Assembly: GCA_964234715.1 (NCBI GenBank)
Contig: OZ174275.1
DNA length: 64,000 nucleotides
DNA from: Podarcis melisellensis
Taxonomy: Eukaryota
Reading direction: 5' to 3' (one strand)
The first letter of the stretch is position 1. Each line of letters starts with the position of its first letter. The notes below the pieces were generated by a model that did no database searches, was not told the origin of the DNA, and worked only from the letters and a program-made list of their open reading frames with translations. The translations under genes were made by a program, and so were the position numbers. This document shows positions 27,370-40,900 of this stretch, piece after piece.

Positions 27370-27875
27370 AAAGAAAAGGAAAATGTGTACACTAAGTGTA
27401 TCCTCAAATGTAGCATTTGCTGATTCTGGTGCTTGGAAAAGATACTGAAACCAGAATGCATACACAGCCAGAGCCGCAAATGAGGCAGGTATATGTACCT
27501 CAGCAGAAGATGCTGTCCTTATTTTATCAAATAATTCCCAGGTGAATGCTCAAATTGTGTCTGGCTTAGAATCTGTGTTGTCAGTGACTAGGCTCGCACG
27601 ACTTTCTGCCAATTAAGTTGCAATATAATTAAAGTACAAATTAAGTTTAGATGCCCCATCTGTCCTTCATTCTGTGTTACATCCAATCTTAAAACTATAC
27701 TGAGGTTGTATGTATGTTTTTCATGCATAATTTTGTTTTATTAGATTCCTTAAACAGCTATTTCTTTAAAAGACCAAGGTGTCTTGCAGAAGATTATAGT
27801 ATACAAAATTGAAACAAAATGATACAAAGCAGTATTAACAATATTTCCCAGATGGATGGGACATAGATAATAAAT

Positions 27876-27877
<2 letters not shown>

Positions 27878-27919
<42 letters not shown>
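27878..27919. repeat. (AAT)n microsatellite
   Basis: About 14 AAT units. Confidence 0.98.
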
Positions 27920-27920
<1 letters not shown>

Positions 27921-28334
27921 TCACCTCACCCCAGCAAACAAACAAACAACAAAACAAAACAGGGACGATCAGTTTAAAAAGCCACAAAAGCAAACATTGC
28001 TTCAAATCCCTAAAACGTCTTGATCTGGCATCAAAAAGATGACAAAGTCAGTGCCAGGTGGCATCAGGTGGGCATAAGAATAAGAACAAAAATAATCAGA
28101 GATATTAAAATTTAGGAAGGAACTGCTATTGGGAACTAATATATAGTTAAAATGTTAGAATCCAAAAGCTCATTCTGTAGTAGCCTTAGTTAAAGGAAGT
28201 CATATAGCCTTAGAGCCAGAGAAATGTTGGTGGAAGAAGGGTGGTAAAAATTATTTCCCCTCTAGAAGCCCCCAAGCTTCCTTCTATGGCCAGGCACACT
28301 TTGAAGGTGGGATTGCACTTTAAGGAAAAGAAGC

Positions 28335-28418
28335 TTCTTCCTTCTCCCCTCCATCCACAGTAGAGGTAGAGGGTGTTTCTTCCTTCTCCCCTCCATCCAC
28401 AGTAGAGGTAGAGGGTGT
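28335..28418. repeat. Perfect 42-bp tandem duplication
   Basis: TTCTTCCTTCTCCCCTCCATCCACAGTAGAGGTAGAGGGTGT x2. Confidence 0.97.
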
Positions 28419-30030
28419 TTGTTTCTTTTTTGGAGGGGTAGGGGGACAGTCAGGGGTGGGATGGTGAGAGAAGATGACATTCCACCAACCCCCTTGTGCT
28501 GGCGCTTCTCCGCATCCAAGCCATAGATGTCTATAACGCTTTACTAGTTCTTTAAATATTAGACCAAAAGTCAAAGACAGAATCATTTAAAGGTACTGAT
28601 TTATTTGTCAAGGATTTTCCTTCTTTGAGTAGTTGCTCCCTTTGATATTTGTGTCACTGATGCCATAGCTCTACAAGGTAATGTATTCTGTATCTGCAGA
28701 GATATCCTGGCCACAGAAACCTTCATTTAGGTAGAAACAAGCAAGATATTTTTTTTTGTGTGTGTGTGTGTGTGTGTTTCATCCTTCTGCCCCTTTATTT
28801 ATTTATTTTAAAAAACCTCACTAACTTTTACACTGTTCACACCACACTGTCCCTACTGGAAAACATACGTGCAGTTTTATGGTTCAGTTCATGATCCCAA
28901 TTCTCACTACATTTTATTTCCTATTTTTTGCTTCTCGTAAGTGTTTTTTCTCCAGTGTTTGAGTACTTCAGTTTGGCAGTAGGTCATGGAAAATAATCTT
29001 CCTTTTTGAAAAGCTACTGAGCAGGGGATGTATAACTTCTGTGGGTCTGTGTAGTGCGGAGCACAATACTGTGAATTGTCCTGTTCCATGAATGCAAGCA
29101 AGCCATCTCTGTTAAGTGAAAGGGTTGGATCCAACAGCAGTTCCCAATGGTGAAAGTGTCTGTGTGGAGGGATGATATTTTTTTGCTGAGTTCACCTTCT
29201 TCCTGCAAGCCTCCAGCACCACTTCTCATAATGTTCTGGAGCACCCCCACCCACCCACTATCTCCGGTGCAGGTTATCAGAGAGACATTTATCCCATGTG
29301 CAGAAGCCAGTTTTTCTAAACACAAGAGGATGGATATAAAAATGCTCATTCACATGAAGGGGGTGTTTTTGCACATTGAAGGGCTGTTTACACCTGCACT
29401 AGAAAGCTGTGTGAGACAAGTGAACCCCAATCCAAATATGTTCTTTTAGTTGCACAAGCAGTTGTGCAAGGTCTTTCAGAAGCTTGAGTTACTGACATGT
29501 CAAGGATCCTCTTTTGGACCAATTCTGCTGCGCTTTTACTCCTCCCCCACTCATTTTCTCTTTTTTTCCTAAGTGTCAAGCTATGAAAAAGCATTTCCTT
29601 TATGCTATCTAGCATTCACATGTATTTTTAATTTTTTTGCACGTTGATCAGGAGCCAGTTTGACCTAAACAGCCCAACGGTCCTGCTGAATTATTATAGC
29701 AAAAAAATTGTTGGGTGATACATGGTTTGGTCATGTACAATAATTTTTGGAATCCATTCAACTGTTGGCTCGTACAACAATAAAGCCAATGGATCAATAG
29801 TTCTTATAAAGTGATTAGCTTCAGTGAATAAGAACCTGGAGAAAATACTGAGTTAAAGGTTAAACCGTAAATAAGTTGGGAAATGCCACCTGAAGAGTCT
29901 AGGCATACAAATATCCTGTTATTTTTACATCTGTGTATTGTGTATTGCATATTTTAAATGACTGCTTGCTTCCAACAGATTTTCCTTTAGTTAAAGCAAA
30001 ATATAGATGTGTTTATGAATGAACTATACT

Positions 30031-30165
30031 GGAAAGGGCTGTAGCTCAGCAGCAAAGCACATTCTCTCCATACAGAAGGCCCCAAGTTATTATTTTTATT
30101 GTTGTTTTCTATCCTCTGTGTCTTCACGTAGTGTTGGGAAGAACTCCTGACGTGCTGCCAGTCAA
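30031..30165 (+). mobile_element. Degenerate tRNA-derived SINE (same family as 31484-31680)
   Basis: GGGCTGTAGCTCAG...CAGAAGGCCCCA head and TGCTGCCAGTCAATG body. Confidence 0.6.
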
Positions 30166-30559
30166 TGGTGGTTGTTTTCTTTCTAATAAAAGATTTTATT
30201 GATTTTTCAACAAAATATGAACAGAGCATTAAGTTTCTTCCAGTTTCATCCCCCTGTTTCTGGAACAGAAGTTGAACCTGCCAGATTTTGCCATAAGCCC
30301 ACTTGCAACGTTGGTAGTTGCCAGTCATCACAGTGTTCCTTTGGATATTTTATAAATATTTTGATAAAACCATCTACATCATACATGTTGTTCAAGGCAG
30401 GCACCCTCTTTGTCAGTTTCTCAGATAAGCCAATTGCCCATACATTCTGTTACTATTGTGTGATGTGTTTAACCTGGTCGGTAGCTAATAGGCAGATTGT
30501 GAAATCTTCCAACATGGTGTAATATATGTATGGTGTCCCACAAAGCATCGTAATAACTG

Positions 30560-30660
30560 GGTTATGAAGCTTCTGAAGCAGGCACAAGGGTAGCACATGA
30601 CAGTAGTCTAACTGTGAGGTTATAGATATATTGATCACCATGTCAAAGCTATTCCTGTCC
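30560..30660 (-). mobile_element. L2 ORF2 fragment
   Basis: ITSQLDYCH resembles L2 ITSRLDYCN. Confidence 0.5.
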
Positions 30661-31483
30661 AGGAATAGTTATAGTTCATATTGGATAATGGGATAAACAT
30701 GGGAGGAAGTGTAGTTATAGACAGAGGCTTCAGGCAAAGAGGTCCCACTGTGCCTGGCAATTCCTTCTTGGGATACCACAGAACTCACTTCTACCTGCCT
30801 CCATGGCTTTAAGGAGACTGCTTTTTTACCAGAAAAAAAGAAAGAAAAATGAGCCAGAGTGTTCCAGCAAATCCAGTCTCAATTCCTCAAGCCCAGTAGC
30901 GTAGCCTGTGATCCAGCATTTCCCCAATAGCAGTATTGGAGATTTCTCTGGCTCCAAGCCTCTGCCGGCCCTGACAGTATCTTTTGTAGGTTTTTAAAGA
31001 GATGGCGTTCTGGCATACCTTTCTTGTGCAGGCCACCCCTAACACTGATTATCTGGATCTTCTTTCAGTAAGGAAATAGCTGTGGTTGTATTTAAACAAC
31101 AGACCCTTTTGGGTGGGTGGTGTATATGTCTCCTGAAGCAATCGTGCTCTGCTTTTTTCTGCTTTTTTCACAGAAGTTTTCCATGTGATTCTGACTGTAT
31201 AGTGTAGAGTTAAAGCTGGGAAATAAGTGAAAGGAAAAACCCCTCTTGACTTTGGCTTAGTGAATCTTAATTACATGGAATATCCCCTTGTGACCTGGCA
31301 TTTTCAGAGCCAAAGGCTTATTTCAGTGAGATCTATTAGGCTGAAGAGCATTTTCCCAAAGGAGATGGCAGAATCTCTGATATTTGATATATTTAAAAGT
31401 ACACTTGGGAGATAGCTAGAAAAACCTTAACTGCAGCTGGGGCCAATTTGTGTGTTGTCAAAGGCATGGGCTCAAGGGACCAT

Positions 31484-31680
31484 TAGGAACATGTAAAGGT
31501 GCCCTAGACCTAATCAGACCTTTGGCACATCTATATTGGCATTGTCTGTATTGACTGGCAGTTGGCTCTCCAGGGTTTCTGACAGGAACCTTTCCCAGCT
31601 GTACCTGGAAATGTCAGGGATTGAACCTGGACCTTTTGCATGCACAGCATGTGCTCTACCACAGAGCTATGGCCTTTCCC
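31484..31680 (-). mobile_element. ~200-bp tRNA-derived squamate SINE (probably Squam2-like)
   Basis: Minus strand GGCCATAGCTCTGTGGTAGAGCA...GGTTCAATCCC (A and B boxes) with an ATGTTCCTA tail; decayed copies at ~50295-50460 and ~56870-56937. Family name from memory. Confidence 0.8.
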
Positions 31681-33334
31681 TGCCTGGCTTGCATGAATTT
31701 CCAGCAGGAAATGAGGTCTGCCAATGTGATTGTGGTCAAACATTTACTTATTCTTGGAGCACACTGATTATTAACATTCATTCCCATCTGGCTTTCAGCC
31801 TCAGTTTTGCCTTGGAGAGTCAATGGATGTTGGGAGTGCAAATCTGCTACTTCTCCTGCATTCACTTCAACTGGGTCAGTTCAACTACTCAGCGAGTCAC
31901 CTCCACAAGGTTTCTTTTAGTTGTGACTTGTACATTCTGGTCTTCTTCATGGAGCCTGTGATTCCAGTAGATGATTTCTTTCTGCCTTTGGAAATTGGCT
32001 GGAACTAAGACAATAAATAAGTAACACAGATTAATTAAATCAACTTTCACTCTTCTTTGGTACTAAGTTATTATACACGAAATTGTCCAGATCTGATAAA
32101 TCTGACAGGTGTAATCAGTGGTTGTTTAAAGGCATTCAGTACCATTTCCCATTTCTGTGTAATGAGCTCTTTTGAGTAAGAGCCACCTTCATCAGATGCG
32201 ACTGGCGACATGGGTTCTGGCCATAAATATATTCATGCCACAGTAAACCAGTTAATTGCTAAGAACACCGTGTTCTCATACGATTTTTTTTTTTGGTCAC
32301 TATAAGTTTCATTCTTTTGTCTTGGACCAAAATCTTTGTTTCCAAGGCCATTACTATACTCTAAGAGCTCTATTAAGTCCCTAGGCAATAATGCTGTGAT
32401 GTCTGTATAATTACGCTATCATACATTTAATAAACTACAGATTGCTCATTTTCTGAACACATAAAGTGCAAATTGCAAAATGCATTTGTCCTTCCCTATG
32501 CTGAACACTTACAAGTACATGGTCTTATTCCGCTCCACCTTCAAAATTTAAAAGAGAGGATATATCTAGTTCATGTTTATGCTGTAGTTTGATTAAAGTT
32601 GGAATTGTTTGTTTTTGTGTGTGTGCAGCATTTTTGAGATGTGGGGGGATGTTCTTTTGGCTATTGTTGAGTCTTCAAATCATAGTGCCAGATTCTTCCA
32701 CAATGGAATGACTGAAACAGAAAAATTGAAATGATAGCAATTGTAAATGTTTAAATATTTTGTGGTATTTCAAAGAGATACAGAGGTTTGTCCCATTCTT
32801 TAGCACCACAAGTGAACCAGAAGCGCACCTCATATCAACAAGGAGTTCGGACTTCCGTGTATAGTGGGCCTAACTCTGTTGAATCCCCTCCCATCAGAAA
32901 TCAGGCTGCTGAGTTTCAGGTATAGAAGTTTTTATTTCAGTAGGCCTTTGCATTTTGAACATTGCTCTAATGTTTCTATTTTCTGATGTTTTAGCATATG
33001 TTTTGAACCTTGCACATTGTGTGGTTTTGTTGCTTCCCTTCTGTAAGTCATTTTGAGACATAGTGAAAAGTGGGGTGTGTGAATTCCTTAAATGAATGGA
33101 TAAATTCAAAACGTCTCATTTTCAATTTCTCATAAGTAAAATAATCAGGTAGTAATATATGTCATTCTAATGTTCCACACAAGTGCTGTCCTGGAGATGG
33201 AGAGGGTAGAGAATCAGACCTAAGAACAGGCATTTATCTGGATGCTCAAAAGGTCACTGGCAAATCTCATCTGGTAAAGCAACCAGCTATGCTTTCAACA
33301 TTTAATTTTCCCCAATATCATCAAAAAACAAATA

Positions 33335-33576
33335 CAGTGGTACCTTGGGTTACATACGCTTCAGGTTACATACGCTTCAGGTTACAGACTCTGCTAACCC
33401 AGAAATAGTGCTTCAGGTTAAGAACATTGCTTCAGGATGAGAACAGAAATTGTGCTACGGCGGCATGGCGGCATCAGGAGGCCCCATTAGCTAAAGTGGC
33501 ACCTCAGGTTAAGAACAGTTTCAGGTTAAGTACGGACCTCCGGAACGAATTAAGTACTTAACCCGAGGTACCACTG
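33335..33576 (-). mobile_element. pogo/Tigger-type MITE copy 3
   Basis: Both TIRs intact with TA TSD; opposite orientation to copies 1 and 2; extra 16-bp GGTTACATACGCTTCA module. Confidence 0.95.
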
Positions 33577-35987
33577 TATAGATCCATACTTTTTTTTTGT
33601 GGGTGGGGGAAGCAGTATGTTGAGATGCAATGCATTGTTGACAACTTTGTTATCTAGTCAGCAGACCACTTGGCCTGTGGCACATTAAGAAGCTTCTAGT
33701 ACATACTCCCTTTTCTTCCCTTTGTCTCCTTCTCCTTCCTCAATAAACAATCAGAGAAGTGTGAAGGCAAATTTCCAGGCAGTCCTCGGTATAATTCTTC
33801 TGTGCTGCTTTGCAATCTACTTTCGAATGTGGTGGGATAATAAATCCACAGTGTGTGTGCAAGCCCCTGGGTGAGCATATAACCCGCAAGAAGTAGTTTT
33901 CTGTTGTAAACCGATTACCTCTAAGCAGGCAAGAAAAGGAGGGTTAGTTATTCCCACAACTCCTAGCCATAATGAGGTTGAAGGATGAGCTGTGGGATAC
34001 ATAATTTGCCGTGTTGTAATACTTTCAAAACTTGTTTGGGCCTGTAAGATAGTTCACTTGATATTTAGGATTGAAATAAAATCAACCAGGTGCCAGATCA
34101 ATGCTTTTGGGCTGCGGCATATACCCATGGCAGTGTCGGGGGCATTTCCCAGCCAAAGGAATGCACACACAGTTAACTCTTTATTGTCAAAACTGACACA
34201 GTAGTTTCTATGGCTCTGAATACTCACCCAGGCTAGCATCTAGGCAACTATTCTCAGGTCTGCACTCTATGGAAGAGTTGCAGCAACAGGGGGGCCACAC
34301 TCCCCTCCATCAGTTTATGTACCCCCCCCCCACATGGGCTGTTTGCACACAGCTCCCTCTACCCATCTTTCTTCAATCTCCTCCTGCAGTGGTGTGGAAG
34401 CATATAACCCTTCACTTGCCTGGCCTGTCTCTTTCTCATCTTTTGACCCTGTTCTGTGCTCCTACCTCCAGCTCTGAAGCTTCCCTTGCCTCTCACTCTT
34501 GCCTCCTGGCTGGTACCATTCCCTACAAATCACTGACCCCCTCTCTTGATTCAGACTCTAGCCTCCCTTCCCCCTGGTGCACACTAATCAGCATCTTGCC
34601 AGCCCCTGACATGAGGCATCCAACTAACACATTCCATAAGTGCAAAGATTTGTGCTTGTGCAAAAAAATCACTGCTCTGCCCTCCACGATTCCTAAACCT
34701 GTTCTAGAGGTTATCCCAACCTTCTGGAGCAGATTTGGGGAGGGTATGGGGGTGCACAGGAAGAGAAGAGGGGGAAATGTTCTGTTGCACGAGTACAAAT
34801 CCTTGTGCTGGCATGATGTGTTAATTAGATACTACCCACAATCTCCGCTGTGTATAGAGTCGCTTCATACGTGCAGTTAACTCAGGCAAATTCAGGTATA
34901 TGTACAGTACTTGGCAAAAAAGTGCTCTGCAATAGGAAGCCTACTGCAACAGTTCCTGCAAAGGCATCTAGGAATCTTTTGTTTTCCTTGTTTCTCCTTC
35001 CCTCTAACTAGCATCCCACCCTCCAATTTTAGGATTCACATCCCCCCCCCCCAAGTGCTGGAAGGTCCAGCAGTTGCCCATAGAATATGGTGGTGGTTAG
35101 GTCAGCCTTTAGGCATCCCTGCAGGGCTTCCCCCCAGCTTGCCAAGTGGTAGCCACTGCCTGTCATGGCCCCACCAGCTCCTGAGCCGTCTCCCGGTCCA
35201 CCAGTTCACCTAGCTCTTGCTTGCTGGCCTCAGGAAGCCACAGTGACTGAGGGAGGAATAGGTGGAGGCATGGCCTCTGTGTAAACAAACAGTTGGTGCC
35301 CTCAGGATAGACAGGGAAGTGAGAGTGAACCAAAAGACTCCTTATAGCCCAGGGTCCCCTCCCCAAGCACAGGGCATTCATAAGCGGAGTGTACTTTGAT
35401 GAATTTTCAAGCATACTGTGATTTTTACTATTTGTGTTTTTCGCTTTATTCGCTGAATTTAGAACCTACTCCCCACGTAAAAGCTGATTCTGCTGCACTC
35501 TGTGGATGTTAATATAGGAAAAGAAATCCAACTAAAATAAGAAAATGAAGCCTGTCAGCTATTTACAGCTGGGTAGTTACTGAATTTTTCTAATAATGAT
35601 GCAGGCTCTTCGTAAAACTGCTTTTGTTTCTGTTTTAACTAACTGAGTAAATTAACTCCCAGGCACTCATTTTGACTCAGAACACCATGTGCCCATGGAT
35701 CTCCTCAGTGTGGAGGCTTCCTCATATGTTTCAAATGGAGACGGGAGCTCTACTGTTTGGTTATGTGATTACAGGCATTTCATAGCTCCGGTAAAAATTG
35801 TATGTCCCATGCCAAATGCTCTGGGCAAGTTTCTTGACCTTTTCATTCACTTAAAAAGTTCTCCAGCATTTTGAAATTATTTATACCCTCTTTAGGCTCT
35901 TCAGCTGGGTTTAATTCTTGCCGAGCAAATGTTGCAATTGCAGCTAACACAATTCATTCAATTATTTGATTGTATCAATATGCAATA

Positions 35988-36229
35988 CAGTGGTACCTTG
36001 GGTTACATACGCTTCAGGTTACATACGCTTCAGCTTACAGACTCCGCTAACCCAGAAATAGTGCTTCAGGTTAAGAACTTTGCTTCAGGATAAGAACAGA
36101 AATCGTACTCTGGCGCTGTGGCGGCAGCAGGAGGCCCTATTAGCTAAAGTGGTGCTTCAGGTTAAGAACGGTTTCAGGTTAAGAACAGACCTCCGGAATG
36201 AATTAAGTACTTAACCTGAGGTACCACTG
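35988..36229 (-). mobile_element. pogo/Tigger-type MITE copy 4
   Basis: Both TIRs intact with TA TSD; 242 bp, same subtype as copy 3. Confidence 0.95.
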
Positions 36230-37319
36230 TATACTTGTACGCTTCCTTCTCTGCAAGGAGTGTTTCATCTTATTATTCTACTGTCTCCAGAAAGACTTTT
36301 TTTGGGGGGGTGAGTAAATAGAGAGAATAATGGTTTTAAATTTGCTCTTTCTTTTGGCACATGACCAGTGGTTGTATTGATGGAGTCAATGATTAAAAAT
36401 ACAGTTATAATGAACACAGCTATTTTTTTTTTGCTTTGTTTTATTTCAGTATGAAAGAGCAGAAAAATAATAATATAAACCCAAACAAGTTTTGAAAATA
36501 TAACAGCAGTGTACATTTCTGAAAATACAGAAATGATTTTTTAGAAGTACATTTATCATGGTATTTCTTTTAATTTGCACTCCTGCTGTACTACAAATGT
36601 AATAACCATCAAAATGAAAAATGCAACAGATTGATAATACCATTGAGTTTTAATTAAAGCACTGAATTGAAAAAGGCCCAGATGGATAACAGGATAATGT
36701 AGTTATAACCCTGTTATGAAAAATGCTGGGCTGCCAGTTATAGCATCTTATAAATAAAATGTATGCCAAAATAACATAGTTTTTTTTAGAAGACTACCCA
36801 AAAATTAATCATTTAAGTCTGCAAAACAGATGGTTTCTCTGTTTTATTTGGTTTGTCTGAAAGGCACAGATCTCTTTAAATCAGTAAATGTTCCATTCCT
36901 CCCAATTGCCCAGATCCCTCTCCAGCTACTCCATCCAGTTCTGTCACTACTGGTTCACAGTTGTAAAATCTCTGAAACATTAAACTCTGAAAGGTCAGTA
37001 GGTGTTTGTATCTGACTATTTAGCATACTGAAATACTAATGGAGTTTAAAACAGAAAGCAAGTACTGCAACCATACGTCTTGTCTACTTAGAGGTATGCC
37101 CAATTGATTTCAGTGGGATCTACTCTCCAGTGGGTGTGCATAGCATTGCAGCCTGAATATCTCATGATGGCTATAAAACCTGTGTCTCCATCGCAGGTGG
37201 CATTGTGCCCTGTTCAACTATTGCTATCTGTGACATTGCTGTCACTAACTATATTAAAGGAAGTCACCATCCACATCTGAAAACCACTCAGCGATGAAAG
37301 CCATATGCCACTGCTATGT

Positions 37320-37959
37320 TGTGTGCGTTTTGACAGCTCCATAGGTTGTGCCCGTCATTTTAAATGAAACTCAGTAAGCTACACTTAGTATAAAAGTCCA
37401 GAGCTGACCACTACACCTGGGCATAAGACCTCATGAACTCAGGTTCCTGGCTCTGCAGTTGATCCAGGGGTCAAGGCACCTGAAGGTCATTCTCACACAA
37501 ACACAGTCCCAAAGAGCTCTCTAGAACACCTGAGCTGTGTTTCAACTAACGGGGGCAGTTGAGCAAACACAGCACCTCGGCTCTGCTTTCCCTTGCCTGC
37601 TGATTGCGGCATCTGGGCTTGATGAGGCATGTGACTCTCACCTGCTCCAAGCCAACTCCAGCTGAGGAATCACACATCTCCTCCTAGAGCTAACGAGTCC
37701 CACCTGGCCAGCTGTGGACTCTTGCTTCCCAGAGTGTCACTCCCTTACACCTCAGAGCCCTTTGTGTTTGAGGAGACAGGGGCTTCTCTGGCTATGGTGA
37801 TGGGTCCTGCTGTTCTGGTTCCTGTGCACTGACCATCATCCTCTGTTGTCCCGTGAGTATTTTCTACATCAACTTCTACTCAGTGCCCAGCCTGCCTTTT
37901 TGTCCCAGTCATGGCTGCACCCCTCTTCCTCCTCCCCACTGTCCTGCCAGTTCATGACA
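37320..37959 (-). mobile_element. Probable solo LTR (Gypsy-like)
   Basis: Minus strand starts TGTCATGAACTGG followed by a purine-rich tract; the other end and TSD are not resolved. Confidence 0.4.
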
Positions 37960-40900
37960 CATATAATCTTGCCAGTCTTGTTTAAATGGTAATGAGCTTC
38001 TTTGAAACCCTAGTTTGAATTTTGAAGATTCCCTATGCCCTGCCTAGTCTAACTTTCTGTGTTCCTCATGCACTGGGAATGTCATGAATGGGAAGCTATT
38101 ATTTTACCAGCAAGGGGTCAACATGGAACATGGTTATTCAAAGTCATTTGCCTTCCAAGGCATGAGGTTAGGATGATGAAGATTGAATTGTAGTTTATAA
38201 ATGTGGAGCATTTCCTGGAGCATGTCTTATTTTTCCAAGTTTTACTTTAAGATAGAAGTTTAAATTTCATTGTAAAAAAACAGAAAAAGGTGAAGACTGA
38301 TAATTTCAGAACTGAAGGGTGCACATTCCTGATGAAATACAGTTTGAAAAGAAATGTCTAATAATGCATTTGAAAAGAAATTATTAAATCAGGAAGGAAA
38401 CTTGCAGAAACTCCTATTTGAACTTAGTAAGAGTATATTTGAGAAAGGGCTTCCACAAATTGCATGACAATTGATATGAACACTTGCAAAAACTGGTGAT
38501 CAAGAATTGTGACCTAAAATTGTTAGCTAGCTGCTTGTAAATTCATTAACTTGTATTTTGCAACACTGGCACTTATTTGTATTGAATGCTTTTATAATCA
38601 CCACATTATTATTGGCTGAAATATACAACAACTATAAAAATTCATAGAATGAGAGACACACCATTATCAAGACTTTTATTTAGGTATAGCGGCTAATGGA
38701 GTGTGCAGAATAATAGAACAGGCTTTCATTTGCTAGTAGGCATCAAATTTATTGCTTACGTTGTTTCAAATTTGAACATGGATAACTTCACATCTTTATA
38801 ACTGCATAAACAAATTATTCCAATTGTGCCAGGAAGTTTGCAAGTACCTGTCTGTGTGGCAAAGCTTAAGCAATTTTTTATAGCTTATTCCAGAGATTTC
38901 TGATTTAAAAAAAATAACAATCTTCGAAGCTAGTAGAAATACTCGTTCTTTTCTATAGCTCACATTGAGTAATGCGCAGCAGCACATCTGGCCTTGCTAC
39001 CAATTTTTCTTTCAGCAGGAACCCTGTTCAAAAATTAAGTAGCAGCGTGAATGTGGGGGCCTGCCCTTCTAGATGCCAATGTGTGCTCTGACTGTACCCT
39101 CTGGCCAATGTCTTGTCAGTCTCAGTCTGAAGATGCCATACGTACTCACATAGGGATCTCTGTAGGGGTGAGAATGCCTAGCCAGCTTATCCTTGCCAGC
39201 TCATTCATGCATTTAGTACCCTCAAAAAGCCACTAGTACCAGCCTTCTAAAGGACATACATATGATATATGTTTCCAAACTCCCACCTAGCAGCTCCAGA
39301 ACAATTCCATCTTCATGTGCCAGGTATGACTCTGCAGGTACAGTAATGTTACATGGATGTTTCCTGCAGGCAGCACACAGTATGGGTGACGTGCATCTAT
39401 ACTATGCAGGTGTTTAAAGATGTGAGTGTGTGAACCATACTTTGATAGGGAGAACATAACTGAAATGCTAATGAATCTGTGGCAATTGTGTCTGCAGTGT
39501 AGAGCTGGCATCGCAGAGACTGTTTTTTTTGGGGGGGGGCATGCATTTGCAATAACAATCGATGTAGTCCTAAAATTGTGCTCTTACGTGAAGAGGCCCT
39601 CAAGTTAACTTCGTAAGACACACTCCTGGAGTTAGACGGGAAGCTCTAGAAACGGCTCGTAGCAGTTTTGAGAACCATTAGAAGGAAAATTTTAGACGTT
39701 GGAAGGAAATATTTCAGGCACTTTATTCTTCCTGCATACAGATTAGTACAAATGAGATGGGCTGGTGTTGGATGGAGTTGTCCAAGTAAATTATAGCCTC
39801 CCTGCAAAAGGGAGAGGATTATCTAGCTGCTATATTTTACATGCTGATTCCTATTTCAGTCCCTTTCTGTGTGTGCTTTAAAAGGACAGCTTAATCCTGA
39901 TTAATCATTTTGAATACTCTTTTTTTTATAAAAAAAATAGTCTATCTAGTTAAATATTTGGAATAGCCCAAATATTCTTGTCTGCAGTTTGACTTCAGCT
40001 GACTAATTTTCTCCATCATAGCATGGGGAAGGCATCAATTTTATATTGTCCACAGTATAAATCAATGTTAGTGTGTAGCATGCTGTGGTAAGGCTGAGAT
40101 CCCCTACTGGGATTGAGCCCCAGTAAACTCAATGGGACTTACTGCTGAATAGGCATGTAGAGGATTACATTGCTAACTTCAGTTGAAACATGGAGCCACC
40201 AACTTGAGAATAATTACACTATATTTTAAGTTGTGACTTTACATGGATTTTGGACAATGTTTGCTTTTTTAAAAAATGTATTGGGCTGTGTATTCAATGA
40301 AGTTGTCCTTTCCACTCAAGGGCTTCTATTTGGATTATGCGACTTCCCTTTCCCATCCTCCTCTTATGCGCCCTCCAAATCTGTTCTGTTGTTGGGGGGT
40401 GGGGCACACCCTTGCACGAATGTAATCAGTTGGATGCAATCAGTTGATCCCTCTGTGGCTGTTACTATTGAACTGCAGCCAAGAAAGTGTTGCTAGCAAT
40501 ACATTAATTTTACAGAACTTTTAAAAAGAAAGCAAACTTTGCTCAAGTTACAGTTTCAACTGACTTTGCTCAGTTAACACAAACCCATCATTCCATTGCA
40601 GTGCTGTAAACAAGGAGTGATACACTTTGTAAAAAATTGATGCAGGTCTAGGTGCCTGACCATCCTGGCTGAACACTACCTACAGTCCCTGTATTGTGAC
40701 TTGCCAGGTGCTTGATAACCCTCTTGAGAACCATCTATGGAATACTTTTTCCAGGGAGACCCATTAGATGCCAACTTTGTCATTGTTTTGATACCATACG
40801 AAAACGTTTTTTCATTTTGGGAAGCACTTAGGGAGCATCACTGATTAGTTGTTAGTACTCTACTCCGATTATGTTTTTAATATGTTTTTTATATACTGCA

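Noticed and set aside
34269-34880. 203-aa ORF
   Set aside because: Pyrimidine-rich low-complexity sequence overlapping repeat remnants; no recognisable domain.
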